A model generated the notes under the pieces. It had not been told where the DNA came from. It ran no database searches and worked only from the letters and a program-made list of their open reading frames with translations. The translations under genes were made by a program, and so were the position numbers. From positions 6,181 through 70,180 of the forward strand of contig NMRA01000945.1 in the NCBI GenBank assembly GCA_002633005.1: a DNA stretch of 64,000 bases, read 5' to 3'. Below, one piece after another: positions 27,701 to 42,700 of the stretch; positions within the stretch are counted from its first letter, which is position 1; each line of letters opens with the position of its first letter. The DNA comes from Phoronis australis. Taxonomy: Eukaryota; Animalia; Phoronida.

Positions 27701-30700
27701 GAAATTTCAGAGTTGTGTGACATACTCACCAAATATCTAGATGGATAAAGTCAGTGGTTGGATCATCAAGGTCACTGGAAATAAGAACACATCATTAAAC
27801 AACAAACACCGAGACTGAGTTGGTAAACCCTAGATTTAGAGTTTAGTAAACAGTGAGCTCCCACAAGCCATACGTTATGTCAGGGTAAGGGGAACAAAAT
27901 AGACATGAACAACAACAAAAAGACAATGTACTCAGAAAACAGGTTACCCATAAAATAACCTTGAAGGAGGAACGTGATTTGGTCAAAAGAGCAGGTCGTT
28001 TATGAACAAGACAACTCAGTCAAATGAATATGTCATCAACCAATTGAAAAAACAAGTTGTTTATGGAATGCAAAAACCTATTTGAGAAAAGCCAACAATA
28101 TTTTAAACACTCACGAGTAGCTTTTGAACAAACAACACTATAAGTTTTCAAACAAAAACAACTTTGAAGGTTTGAGACAATTTCAAAAGAACATTGAATT
28201 TTGAAAGAACCAGACAATGTTGAACATATAAGACAGCCTTGAAAGAACCAGGAACTTTCAAACAATTTGGAACAAACACGAACAAACAAAGCATTTTCAT
28301 CAAACATAATTTGGTCATCTTGTTGATACCATTATTTTCAATTGCTAAATTTCATTGAAAAGACATGGTCACGTGTTCCAATTTATAGCAAACTGGTATT
28401 AGTTCAAAAATCCAATTCTATATGCTCAATCATTCAAAAAATCCCAGAGTTATAACCTATAGTTTTTTAGAAATTTGACTAAATACACCAACAAGTTGTC
28501 TTGAGGTCCTACATAACCTAAAACTTTGATCTAGGACAAAAGTTAATCATTTATATCATCCCACACTCCCCAATTAAATATCGATGCTTCAACGTTGCGT
28601 GAAAGTCCCTATGGAGATACTCGTGTGGACAGACTGCTAAATAGTTTTCACCACTTATGCAAACCTTGCTAAACCTGGACAGTCAAATGAACAACTGCTT
28701 TATAGCAATGCTGACTTTGTTTTGCTCAAGAGCAGTCTACATCTAACAATGAACATGGTTTGACCATTAGAGCTGAACAGAAAATTTTAACCCATTAAAT
28801 TTGCAATTCATGGCCTACAAGATCAGGGCTAGTTTCCATGGAGATAATGTAAGATGGCTAGACTCATTTAACTTTGCGCTGGCAAAAGTACACTGTCGTG
28901 TGATTAACTAAATTTCATGCTTTTACCAAAAGTGAACAATTTTTGTCATGTTTTGGATAATTGTTACTGTAACATGAATGCCATGGACATTACAAGTGAC
29001 TGGATTATTATTAAATGCCATTGTTGTGAGAGTTATCTAGGACAATGAAACATTGGAATCAATGGAAAATATAACAAAATGTTTTTATAAAAGATCCAGT
29101 TACGCGGAGCATTGAGATGCCCCTNCGATTCTTAAATAGGTTAAGAATACGTAGAGGCAGGTATCAAAAAATGATTACGTATTAAACTAATAAAGTTGCA
29201 ACTATGCCCACAGCACAAGTCGGAACTTAATCTCCAAATGGAGAGGTTCTACTTTAGTCTAGATAAAATATTGTCTGCCAAATTTCAAGAAAATCCTTCA
29301 TCAAACTTGGTTGACATCGAGGCACATGCAAAAAACTGCCATAGAATAGTTGAAACTGTCCACAAATCAACGCGAGCCATGTTTACATCAATAGAAACGC
29401 CAGCGTCAAACTTCGTAATGATTCCTCAAACCGTTTGACCGAAAGACAAGGATTCCAAAAACAGACACCATAATGCTAAAATAAACACTTGGGATGCACA
29501 ATTTGCCAGAGCTGTACCAAAATGGGCAGCATCCACCAAAGGACTTGGCAACTACAGTGAAATATCGATTTCTAACAAAAATAATTGGCAAAACTTTTAA
29601 TTTTGTCATTGATCAAAGCCTTCTAACATTATTGTAAATGCTTACAATTAATGTCTGCTGGCAGCTTAGGTATAGAACTTGAGTATGGCATCGTTTTAAT
29701 ACTGTATGTCACTTGTGAATGAAACATGACAAAAAGATTTCATTGGTCCACCCTATTGTGTAATAAATTGGTGACATTTTCCCACACAGGGGTAGAAGAA
29801 AAGTAAAAATTGGATCAAAGGAGCACAACGGTACTGTTCATAAGTTAACAAAAGCTGAGCTCTAGTTAACAGGAAACATCTACCGAATTTCACCACGATC
29901 CTTTAAATAACTTCTCTGTGATGTTGAAACGAGCTAGAAAATAAAACTGCTGCTAATGGGCGTAATGTTTTCCATCTAAAAATCAATGTCAGTCGTGCTG
30001 TCATGAATAGGAACATAATACTTCGAATTTCACGGAAGCCATTCAAACCATAATTGGCAGATAGAGAGCCAGATGTAAAAACGACAGTAAAATTACAATA
30101 AAAACACTCTAAGAAGTGACACTTGGCAAAATGAAATAAAAATTTAAAGGTGATGTCGACGACGAAACAAAAAAATTCAACAGCCAACTCCTATTGGACC
30201 ACCGTACAGTTAATGACAAACCATTAAAAGTGAAATGAGGAATCAGTTAATGACAAAAGACAGTAATCAAACCTGAAAACCTTGACTAACTCAATAATGG
30301 CAAGCCCAAGCATCAAACCAATCACAGAGATATAAAGCCCGTGAGATCTATTCACATACCAAATTTAAAAAGGTTCAATCAAAAGATAGCGGAGATAGAG
30401 TGCACAAACATAACTTGGAAAACCCCCATCACAGTGCCATCTTGTGTCTGACTTTGCTCAAAAATAAAAAGCTCGAGCTATTGGTTAGATAAACACTGTA
30501 TTAAAGTAAATTTCGTGTTGATGAGATGAAAAATGAGATCTCAACCATGAATATGATAAGTCAATAAAGTGCGGCTAGTAATAAGTCAATAAAAAGAACA
30601 GTAGTATGTTAAGCAGTAAATCTCAAATGTCTTGAGAACAGTAAGTCGTAGCGAGAAACGGGTGTCACAAAGCAGAAGTTTCAGACAGATCCGTCAAGGG

Positions 30701-33700
30701 ACACCAAAGATCAACTAAAACTAAAGAAATGTCATCAGAAAATCTTGAATTACTTCGGAATGGTAAGTCTTAGAAAAAAACAAATGGCACAATCTCAATA
30801 GCCTGTGAAATCATCTATCCACAGAAAATAAAATTTGATTGATGGCCACAGTACAATACACAGAATTGTCACACAACAAACCAGTTTGTCAAAATAACAT
30901 TTTAATTACAAAATTACGCACCAAAATGTTCATATTTATTATGCACTAATACGATATCCCATCAGTTGTTTATTAACAATAGAAAATAAAATTTAAAAGA
31001 TGTGCAGCTTATTCATATGATACTTACAATCGGAATTTTTCATTCCACACTGGGTTGAGTGTGTTCGGTTTCACTGATGTTGTCTGAATGTAGCGTGCTG
31101 GGATACGAGTCTTCTCCTTCTTGGGCTTAAACTTGAGAGCATTGGACAGTCTACGAGAGGCTTTCTTATCCTGAAAATTGAACTGGCAGCTAGTACAACT
31201 TTCATGAAAAGGGAAAGAAAGAATGAGGTATGGCAAATACAGAGATCAATTAAACTTTCCTTCATCGTATATACGAAAACAAGTTTTAAAGACCATTTGC
31301 ATGCTCCTATATACTAATGAATAGCAGGAACTAACTGACAATGCTATCTGAACATAATCTACACTAAACAAAGTGCAGTTGCATTCATTGACAACTTGTC
31401 AATGTGAAAACAAAAATTTGCAAATAGCTGACCTTTGCCATACTGAGGTACCTTGGGGGCTCATATAGTCCACATCATGCAGCGTTATTCCCTTACACCA
31501 CGGCATGATATTTAACTGGACACAGTTGAGTGATTTACGGCAGATTATTTTCAATACAAAACTCATTCTTAAAAACATTTGGCAATTTTCAAGCTACTTC
31601 ATGTTCACATCTTTGCTACATGTTGTTTTTACCTAATTTGACCATGCAATCACAGAGATAAGGAATTAGCATGCAAGATCCACTTTAAAACAAAACAACA
31701 CCTGTAATGTCCAAGCATTAGTACACCCCCATAAAGAAAAATAGTTATTTGTATATGGACAGTCAAAAATTAAGAAACAGGTGGCCCTTAGTTGTGACCT
31801 CATGCAAGGACGATACTCATGATGATCATAAAATCATGAATTAAACTATCCTTTTTGCAGAGATGGAGTGAATGCATTGTACCATGATCTGGTGTTTGAA
31901 ATTTTAGGCCACCAGATGGAGCTATGTCATTAAAGAAAAGTACAAAACACCTTCCTCAGCTTGTTAATTTCGGCATTACAAATCCCTATGGAGCAGACAA
32001 AATTTTTCGGGATTATAATGAGCATATCAAACTAATTTCAATGACGAACAATGATCAGTGTACAACCGTATAATGGTACACCTGCATAACAGTACAACTG
32101 TAGTACACCTGTCGAACAAGTGGTAACATATTACACATTTTTTTATATGCCAAGACAAATGTTTTTCTAGTTGCAAATCTGGCTGGCCTAAAAAGATGTG
32201 ATGATTTCTAGTTTTCATCTTAGTCAAATAAATGTAGACATGAATAAATAAAGTGTTTTCAGAAACAAACACTACGACAGACATTAAAACGATTATTCAT
32301 AGAAGTATTAGTACAGCTGTTGTATGCACGGTGGTTATCGTTGGAAAGTTATTTTAACAGCTTTCTCAGTTCCAAGACATCTATCAAACAACAAAAAATA
32401 CCAGACTCACACACGGGTAGATGGCAGCAATTGTTCAGAAATGTATTTCCGGGTAAAAGGACTTGAGTTTAGTAATTCATGTCTAACTGTACTTCCTATG
32501 TAAGTAATTTCCTTGATTAAACAGGTGTCTCCAGATCATTGATCCTGACATTCCACTGTATACCTGTTGTTAACTACCACTACCAGCTACTCAGACTCAC
32601 TTGGATAGAGAGAGCAACCACTATATTGTCAAAGGAAAATATTGGCATTACCCCTCTTGAAGACTTTATTTATTTAATTTTTTATACATTACATAATGTA
32701 AGAACAACATACATTGAGTACAATTTGTCAGACATCTTCAAAAGCTAAATACCGTAAACTCGCAGGTTAACGCCCATGCCTGGGTAATCGCCCATCCCCG
32801 ACTTTGTCAATCTTCGGTTTAAGCGTGCACTGCTTGGGTAACCGCACCCACCCCCTGTCTCAGGATTTCCCAATTTAAGCACCCAGGGCGTTAACCAGCG
32901 TTTCCGGCAAGTCTCTATTAAAGATGTATATAGGAACTACAGTACGGTATCTTTGACTCTACTAATATCCACACAACTGTGTACTAAACTGTGCAAGTTT
33001 TTGCAAGTTGTGTGCAAGTTTCAGTGGTCCATACAGACGATTAAGTACTAATCAAGATATGTGGAATTTAAGTTTATAAGTAACCATAGAAAACTGTACA
33101 AATTCAGCTAATTTATTAAAAAACACATCACCTCAGAAATGTATGATCAGATTCAACTGAAACTTAGATACTATTCTCGAAAATACTGCTTGAATTTGTT
33201 TTCATTGTTCAACTTTTGCACAAGGTTCCAAAAACTAGGACATTCATGATTTTGCTGAAAAATGATTTGTAGAAAACAAAACTGAAGCAATAATTAAGCA
33301 AACCACAACTGCACTTTTGACATTAAACTTTGAAAATCTATATTGAGATTGTCGGGCCATGTTTCAGGTTTATTCTAATGAAAAGATGTGGCCACACAAC
33401 TCAAACAATGCTAAACTTTAATAAAATCGAGATTTGAAGATATTTTGACAGCATGCACAGACTTGTACTCGCATCAACAAGTTCTAGAAAAGTGAACATA
33501 TTGAGACAACAGCAACAAATAATTGTGTGACATGCATTATAGAGTGGAAAAGGTCAATGGATACTTCGAACTGTTCAAGAAGATGAGGTGACCTTCTCTC
33601 AGATGCAGCTAAACATATGTGCCCATCATCTTGAATCAAAATTATATTTAATTCAACAGAAAGTGAGCAGGTAAGCAATACCATTATAGCTAATTCACGC

Positions 33701-36700
33701 TTCATAAAAAGGTCTATTCACAAAATTCCTAGTAGAATCATTAATAATTAATTATAAATAACAATAAACAAGCGCACAATAGCTAATGGAATGAACACGA
33801 TTGATTGGGCTAATGTAACACTTAAGGCACAATCCCTCGTGGTAATTTCAGATGCCAAACATAAAAAAATCATTAGTTTCACTGTACAATACTGCAGTTT
33901 ACTTCAGCCAGCATTTTATTAAATAAATCTAACGATATTACTAAAACACTAACTTCCCTGTTCCACAGAAAAGAGACTTGGATCTGCCTACGTGATAAGG
34001 AGAATCGATGATGCCAGTAGTTCTAGTACAAATTCATTGACGAAGTACTCAGTGACACGAAATGGGCGGAGTTTCTAAGTAAGAGAAGTACATTTAACTA
34101 AATTGAACATGTTACCTACAGTATTGCCTTTTCTGGCTATCTCAGGTAAGAAAAAGGAACTTAAAAAATTGACAATTTTCATTCTTCATGTATTCTCATG
34201 TATCATTGCCACCATCAGGCCTCAGGGGAGTTGTAGTTAATATACAGATGGGTCAGAGCCGACTCAACTCTCCTTGGTCCCTACGCAGCCTAAAGTTGTA
34301 GCTATACAGATGGGTAAGAGTCAACTCAACTCTCCTTGGTCCCTACACTAAGCCTCAAGGTCACATGTTTCAACCTGATGTTGGTATTGACCATGTACCT
34401 ATTGACTCGTATGTAGCTGGTCAATATTTCCTATGTTGCGTTCTACACGAACCTCATTTACAAAACTTAATCAGTATAATGACTGAGAAAGTGAAAGCGC
34501 ACAACAGAGGGCACTTACCTTGGGCGTGCGCGGCTCTTCATCAGACTCTTCATCTTGAGGGGTGAGACTGCCTCGACGACTACCAGGAATAATACCCAGC
34601 ATGCAGTACGGGTCACTGAATCCTACACAGGAATAAGACAATGGCAAGATAATGAACCATCAAACAATTGAAAGATTAGCAAGAGTACGGTCCTTGAAAT
34701 TTGAGCGATATTGGCGTACAAGAAGGGTTTACTTATGCCTATTGTAATCTGGGATGCAAGGTGACTACCTTGATCTTGCAGCTAAGAACATGTCCCACTA
34801 ATCCCACTCTTGACTTTGAAGTTGTTTTTTCAATTTAGGTACAATTGCGACCCAACAACTCTTGAGAGGGAGTCTTGAATCATTCTCCAGGTCCAGCCTC
34901 AAAAATACACTTCTAAATTTCTAACTTAGTTCAGTCTAATTTAAACTTGTGTTGGATCCTATTGACAAGCCTTGCAATGCATTTCACCAAATATCTACAA
35001 AACTGTAGATTTTAGCTTCAGTTGGTAAAAGGTTTTTTTGGAACTGGAAAGCCTGTAGATTGAGTTTTGATTTCTTACAAATTTTTCATTAACTGGGTCA
35101 GATGACATGTCTTTCTAAGGAAATTAACCAAAAAAGCAGCAATGGCAATAACATGGCCTCATTTCACTGGATATAAAATTTAAAGCTGTGCACTCTAAAA
35201 AACGCTCTAACAGTTTCTAAAATAGTTTGTTTTCGTTTTACATAACGTTAGAGTTTTTTCATGAAGATCATAAAAGTCCGATTTTAGATAGCCTCTCATA
35301 CAAAAATGGAACATTTTAATAAGCAATTCTTTCTTAGTTTTTAAGTAAGAATTATTAGTCTTCATACATGTCATGTGTTGGTCACATCACGTGATCTTTA
35401 GTTAACTCTGAAACATTCTCTGTCTTTGATTCATAACAACACTAATAATGTAAATTCTTATAAATGATTTAAGGAACAGTGAATACAACATTGTATTTGA
35501 AAGTTTCATATGGATCCAATCAGTCATTCCTGAGATACTGTGTTCAAAATGTAGCCAAATTTGGACATATTCCTAGAGTCCTCCACAATGTTAACAACAA
35601 ACAGGTCAAAACCGTAATACCGTACAAGCAGAAGAGAACACGTAGTCAGGCAATTGAAAAATGGAGATTTAACTGGGATCCAAAACAATAACAATCCCTT
35701 AAAAATAGCTGTTGAATGCAAATGTAAACCACTGTCTTACCATCAGCATCCTTTGCTTCCAAGTGCCTAGCCTCTACAACAGTCACTGTAAGGATGACAA
35801 TAGGGGGCTTTTCTTCCGCTGCACGCCCCAGCAGATGGGCATGCTCCTCAGGCTGTATGTTGAAGGCCTCCTGTGCATACTGATACAGGTCATGGATATA
35901 GGCGGAGTGACCGGCGCTAGTTGTACCTATCTTATGTTTGATGGTGTACAGCACTTCGATGTATAGCAGGTCATACTGGAAGAACAGACGCGTGTTTTAG
36001 TACATGTGACGTCATAACACAAGAATGAGGGGGAGTTTCATGGTGTACAGCACTTCAATGCATATAGCAGGTTATACTAGAAGACCCAACAAATGTGTTG
36101 GTAATACGAAAATGAGGGCAATAGGAAAATAACAGAGCAATACTTTATGAAGCATGAGATAAAGAGGAGAAGCATCAGGTCACATTATGTTTCGGGACAA
36201 AGGTATTACATATAGAAAACTACAGAAGAGTATGGAAACTATTCATAGACACCATGTCACACATAGAAACTATTCATGGACAGCTGGTCACATATGGAAA
36301 CTATTCATGGACACCATGTCATGCATAGAAATTGTTTATGGACACCCTGTCATACATCAAAACTATTCATGGACACCTTGCAACACATAGAAACTATTCA
36401 TGGACACCTGGTCACGCATAGAGACTATTCATGGACACCTGGTCACAAATGGAAACTGTTCATGGACACCATGTCACATACGGAAACTACTCAAGGATGA
36501 TGCTGAAACCACTTGGCTGATGTATTGCATAGATACATACATTGGCAATGCCATTTTAAGAAACAGTCTGACATAAACTATAATGGTCTGATGTTTACCT
36601 GTTGTAATTACAACGGCTTACAATTGATAAAAACCTCAGCCACATTATTAAAAGTAAGTGACCCAGTTGTGATTTACGTTAAGGAGATTCCCCACTTTTC

Positions 36701-39700
36701 AGTCATTTCGACAGCCAAATCTTCAAAAATTAATACTTTTTCTGGTTTTAAAATGTTTACACAATTCTGCTCTGCACCAAACTAAATTAAAAACAATTTC
36801 TAGGACCCTTCTCAATATTTTAAGAGGTAATCAAATGATAATTAGTATGTATCCTAGCTGGGAAAGTACCAGCGCTTCTGAGGGTCAAACTGTTCAAGAA
36901 CACCACAATCCAAGCTTTTTGAGTCATATTTTTTATCTCAAACTGAAGCAGTGTGTTTTCAGAAATCAGAATTTCCACATATCAAAATTAAGACAAGTTC
37001 AACAATATTTTTACCACACCAACAATGCATTCAGGTGGCAGGTACATCTTGAATTTAGTGTTTTCACAACTGCCGAAATTATGAACGGGTCGTGCATTTG
37101 GTTTTCAATAAATTAAAAAGATCTTTTTTAATTCACTAAGTCCTAGGTACTCAATGGCTATCAATCGCAGCACCAATCCTGAAACAGGATTTATTTGAAA
37201 TTCATTTTTAAATGACACGCAAATGCTTGTTTTTCAAAAGTAGTCTCATCAGTACTTTGAACAGGTTTCCATTAGTATACTGCATCCTCACTCAATCACC
37301 AATGAGGTGTGAGAAAGAAACATTCATTTCAATGCTCATCTCATGCCAGTCAACCAACTGCTGTCTCACAATAGCACCAAGTTGCCAGCATTAACTATTG
37401 CTCCTCACTCAAAGCCTCCATCTTGTATTGAGCAAGTTCTCCATTCTCTGACACCCAATCCGCCGAAGGGTTTTATCATGTTCTGTTGTATTCAACTGAA
37501 TCACTGGTGGATCAGTTAATGGTGTAATAGAGGACTTTTCATATTGGCGTTATTTAGAGTAATGAGAGCACAAAAGTGACTTCCGCTTGATTCCCAATCA
37601 AAGTAGGTGGACAGAAATTCAATTACTACAAAGTGGTTCCTTAATTTAAAAGCAGAGAAATAAATTCTCAGTGTTTAATTAGGTTAAGTTCACTGAATTA
37701 GTTCAGCTTCGTGACATTGGAATTTGCGGCCAAAATTCTCCTGTTTTATGAACCACAGCAACTGACTTTGTCGCATTTTCTTCTTCACAGTGGGAAATGT
37801 ATGGAACATGATGTCCTTCATCCATAATATTTGAAGAGGTTTGCCTTTTTCTGTAAGCCATTAGTGCACCCCCAATGCACAGTAATGGAAATTTGACAGC
37901 GTTATGATAGCAGGAAAGATATTAAAACGCTGATTACATCAGTTGTAACCTCCTTTCAGATTACACGCGATGTGTAGGTGGCACTGAACACCTATGCAAC
38001 AAAGATCTGATAGACGTCTGGCATAGAGCAATTCAATATGGCATACCTATTTTGAAAGTCAGTTATTACCATACACAAACATCAGGTGTTGATGTTAATG
38101 TGATGTTAAAGTAAGAGGCCACAATTACATCAACATCACAGATTGATGTTTAAGTGAGAGGTAACAATTACACCAACATCACAGACTGATGTTGAAGTGA
38201 GAGATAAATTAACATCAACATCACGGACTGATGTTGAAGCGAGAGGTAACTATTACACCAACATCACAGATTGATGTTGAAGTGAGAGGTAAATTACACC
38301 AACATCACAGGTTGATCTTATGAGAGGTCACTATTGCTGCTTGGTATTAAGTCAGCAAATTGATTTAAAATATTGAACTGAATATTTCAAAAGTTGACAG
38401 TCAGATCAAATATGCAAAAACAATTGAGCAAACATAAAAAGTGGTAACACGCCAATGCAATGTTTAAGATTTGTACACCTCAGTAGAGGGGCCAGTGACT
38501 GCAGTGTATCTAATGAAATAATTATCACCACCACCTAATTACTAACACTAGCTCTCAATAACACTTCACTATAATCATAAGCACTTAGTTATTCAGGGAA
38601 ATCAAAAGCATTAATGTCTTTTGCATACATAATCCAATCCCAGGGATATGCAGCACAGCACAATGTCACAGTAGTGTCGGGATCTGCATGTAAGGAAGTC
38701 TTACAACAAGGGAGTCATGGCTCAATTAACCAACATTGAAGCCAATTTAATCATATGACAGGCTTATAACACACTGTCAGCAACAGACACTGCAACAGCT
38801 ATACAACTTAAAAAAGATTAATCTTCAGCTGATCTGCAAATTAAACTGAAGACCCACACACATTCTCCGCTGTTCCATGGCAACGGATAGAACACTTCCT
38901 GGAAACCAACCACTAATTTCCTTCCTACTGTCAGCTTAATGAATCCAGCTCAAAGTGAGCACACATTTTATGACTTAACAAAATGTCAAGTCCAAGCAGT
39001 GCTCTCAAACTGTACTGGTGTTTTGCAACATCTCACTGTTGTTTTCAAACAACTTGATATTGAACCATGAATTAAACTCCTCCAGCATCACAAGATAACA
39101 AATACATTGGAATCTCAAGGCCGCAACCCATTTATGGAAGTTAGGGTATGATAAAGATACATCTGCCTAAATGACAAATCTGAAAGCTATTTATTCAGAC
39201 AGCACAAGATGGTTTTGTATTGATAAGAAATAACCTGACCAGACAAGTGACTGACCTCTTGTTTGGCAAGTGGCAGTGGCCTTGATAAAATGACAAACTG
39301 GTTCTCTGCAGGAGGGTCTTTACTCTCATTTTTGGCAGCCTGAAAAACAGCATGATTATAAATAAGTCAAATCTTATCAAAGCCAAGGTGTTAGAGCCTG
39401 AGATTTTTAAGACAGCTTTTTACAATTAAGTATGCTGATTAAACAGTTTATGTTTACTTGTTGACCTCACATGGTATATAATAAGTATATGCCTAAATAA
39501 TGGTGTACAATTAGTTTATTGAACAAACTAGATTTAAAATATTCAATTTGACTTTGGCCACAATCCTTTTAAGTAATTATTGCTGAGCCACACACAAAAA
39601 CTAGGAAGGTAGTGCCACGGATGACACCTTCCTACTAACACAACAACTCCTCCCGTTTTGGAGTGTTTCGGTCTGTGGTAAACTGTAACTCCTGGACTTA

Positions 39701-42700
39701 ACAGCCATCACAACAACCCTCAATTTAATATGTGAAGTTGCATAACTCCCCTGCAATGGGACAGTTCCCTCAACTTCATAGGTAGTGATCGCTAGAGGTT
39801 GTGATATGCAACACATGTATTCAATGGAAAGTGTACATCAACTATGCCATCTGGTGTTTAATCCCAGAAGATAAAATGTTGCTACTGGAGAGGGGTTAGT
39901 GACAGACAAGTGTTTCTCACTGGTTTTGCCTTGACGCCAGTTGACGGCAGATGCGAAGAAAACAATTTATACTAATCAGTAAAAATCCTGGCTCTTTAAA
40001 ACATTAGGTTACAGCATTTTAATTAAAAGCAAGTAATTGTAAGCGACAGATATGACGTCATGTGCCTCACCACCATAAAAACCACATATAATGGCAATCA
40101 AACCATTTGACATGTTTATGCTCAACTTTAAAATAACACAGTTCCAAGATAAAAGACACAAGCAGGAATAAATTAATTGATGATTGTGATTGTTATTACA
40201 AAAACACACGAAGTGCAGGGTTTAGCTGGTAATTTTACTGTGAAAAGCCACCACGAGTTACAACTGAACAGCACATCCTGTTGAGATGTACCGTAACTTT
40301 AACTGTTAATGAAACCTTTTTTGAGTTTGGCTGAGAGGTGAACTATATTAACTGATCTTTAACAGGCTCTTTTATGGTAACTAACAACCTTTAATATGAT
40401 GTGCCAAATTTCTCGACTTATTGAAAACAATGACCAGAAGTTTGTAATCATGTGATGGTTTGAAATGTTTTATTAATACAAAGATCACCTTAACTTCACA
40501 TATTTTGGTTCAACACTTGGAAATTCTGTTTATATTCTAATAGCTACAAGTGTTTGTCAAGAAACAGACTGCCTGTGCTTCATGCAAAAAATTGTCTGTG
40601 GAAGTTAAGATGATCTCTGTGAAGAAAAAGCGGTCAAAAGATTACAAACATTTGGGTATTATTTTCATGCCCAGCATGGTTTTTACAAGTGTGCGGTTTT
40701 ATGGGTTCACATAATAAAAGTATATTCACAAAATACCGTACGACCATTTCAAACGACGGTAGTTACCGTTAACATTCAAGTTAACACCCTGGGCACTTAA
40801 ATTAGTGAGCAACGAAATCTGTAGGTGGGTGCTAAACTCAGAAATATGAGGTAAAATTTGAAATTTCAAGAACTTGGGGGTGGGTGCTTACATCCTCAAG
40901 TCTTGCAGTGTAACAAGTTAAGCAAGCACAAATCAAGATATGTGATAAGCTTTCGTCCTTTTTAATAACCTTTTTAGTTTCCGATTTCTAGGGAAAACGT
41001 TCGGGGAAATTTGGAATTATCATGATCACAATACCAATGCTATAATGATGTGAACAGAAGGAAATTCTCTCCAATCATTAATTGGATATAGTGCTGATGG
41101 TGTGATCTCTCCAGATTAATGGGAGCATTTGAGCACATATCGTAAATAACGGACTTTTAGAGTGACCAGTGGACAGCAGTTATTGTCAGGTAATGAAATG
41201 CTTATGTTTTAGGAACTTTTACTCCAAGATTTATAGTTTAATATAAAAGCTAAGATTTCAACTACTTGAGCAGTTTGGTGAAAATAATAACCACGCAGAA
41301 AAGAAATATCTGACGTTTACATATAACAATTAAATGTTGTCTGTAACGAGCAATCCTGAACAACAGGGGATGTTTTGCAATTATAGTAGTTGCCAGCATT
41401 TTAAAAGTATTTGGTCAACATTTTGAAAATTAACAATTTAGTTAAGAATAGGTACTTACCTCATGAACAGCTCGTAGTCTCTTGTTCTCATGCCTCCAGG
41501 CCAGAGCTGTGAAGTTCTCAAAGAAGCTTCCGTCAGACTCCTGTACACTGTAAAAGTCCATTTCACTGTCTTACTGGTAATTCACTGTAGTGCTGTAGTC
41601 TGCTGATAGCTTCACTACCCAGCTAACTATATTGGAAGATAGTGTCTTCAACTGGCTTCAACAGGTAAAGATGCCAGAGTTGAGACATGCAGATAGACTA
41701 CCAACAATTCAACATCAGTCTGACAAGCTCTTGAAGTGCCAGCTGTGTGAACAGTTGTCACAATCCTGTATCTCTTAGTAGTTCAGCTCTATCAGTCACT
41801 GATAAATCTATAATTCCTCAGGTGGTTGGAGCTGCGTAGCGTCATACATAGAACAAGTCCTGCCTACTAAATGATTATTGATCATACAGAAGAGAGAGCA
41901 CCCTAACTCAACACAAGACCAAACCTGCAGATGGCAGCATTCCCTGGCTCTAATCAAAATTGCACTGTTTATACAGGGCCCATTCCCACCTCAATGTGTT
42001 GGTAGGTTATCTATAACTTATTAATGATAATGGATTATGTTGTGTACAATATGTTGATGCTAACCATCAACAAATCAACACACACATAACCTGGTTATGG
42101 ACACTGGAAATCAATAAATCAACAGTGTTATTTGCTCTCAATCACCACGACAGGGTGCTGTACTGTAGCGGACTGTGATAAAAACAAGCACAGTTAGTCA
42201 CAGACTAATAGCTTAAATTTTGATATCCTATGGTATTTTTAAAAGGAACATGTGTTAATCATTTCAGAATTGCTAGTTCAACTGATGGTCTACAATTGAT
42301 TGATCAATGTCTTTAGTAGTTCCTGGTGAATTTGTTGTGTGGTCAGTTGGTATGGTCAGTCGCATCAAGGTGGACTGAAGGCTATGAATACTTTGACAAC
42401 TGATTTCTGCAGCTCTCAATTACAACTCATCTAGTCATCAATCAAGCATTACTTCACAAAATGATAACATTACAATTCCCTGGAGACTCCCAATGGACAT
42501 ACATCCTTTGACAGATGAGAAGATGGTGAAGCAGCAGTTGAACACGGGTCTTCACTTGACCATGGTCTATAACTGGACAAAAGATGCTGACACTGTGTGC
42601 CCATTCACTAACAAAGATTTAAAATCCAGGGAGATAAATTATGCCTTGTCATCCCTTTCATATTCACCAGGACTCATCATATATTAAGTATTGATCCCAG

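Noticed and set aside
37408-37482. ATG-initiated exon-like segment (MIKPFGG...) with a gtgagg donor
   Set aside because: Phase 2, incompatible with phase-0 exon 4.
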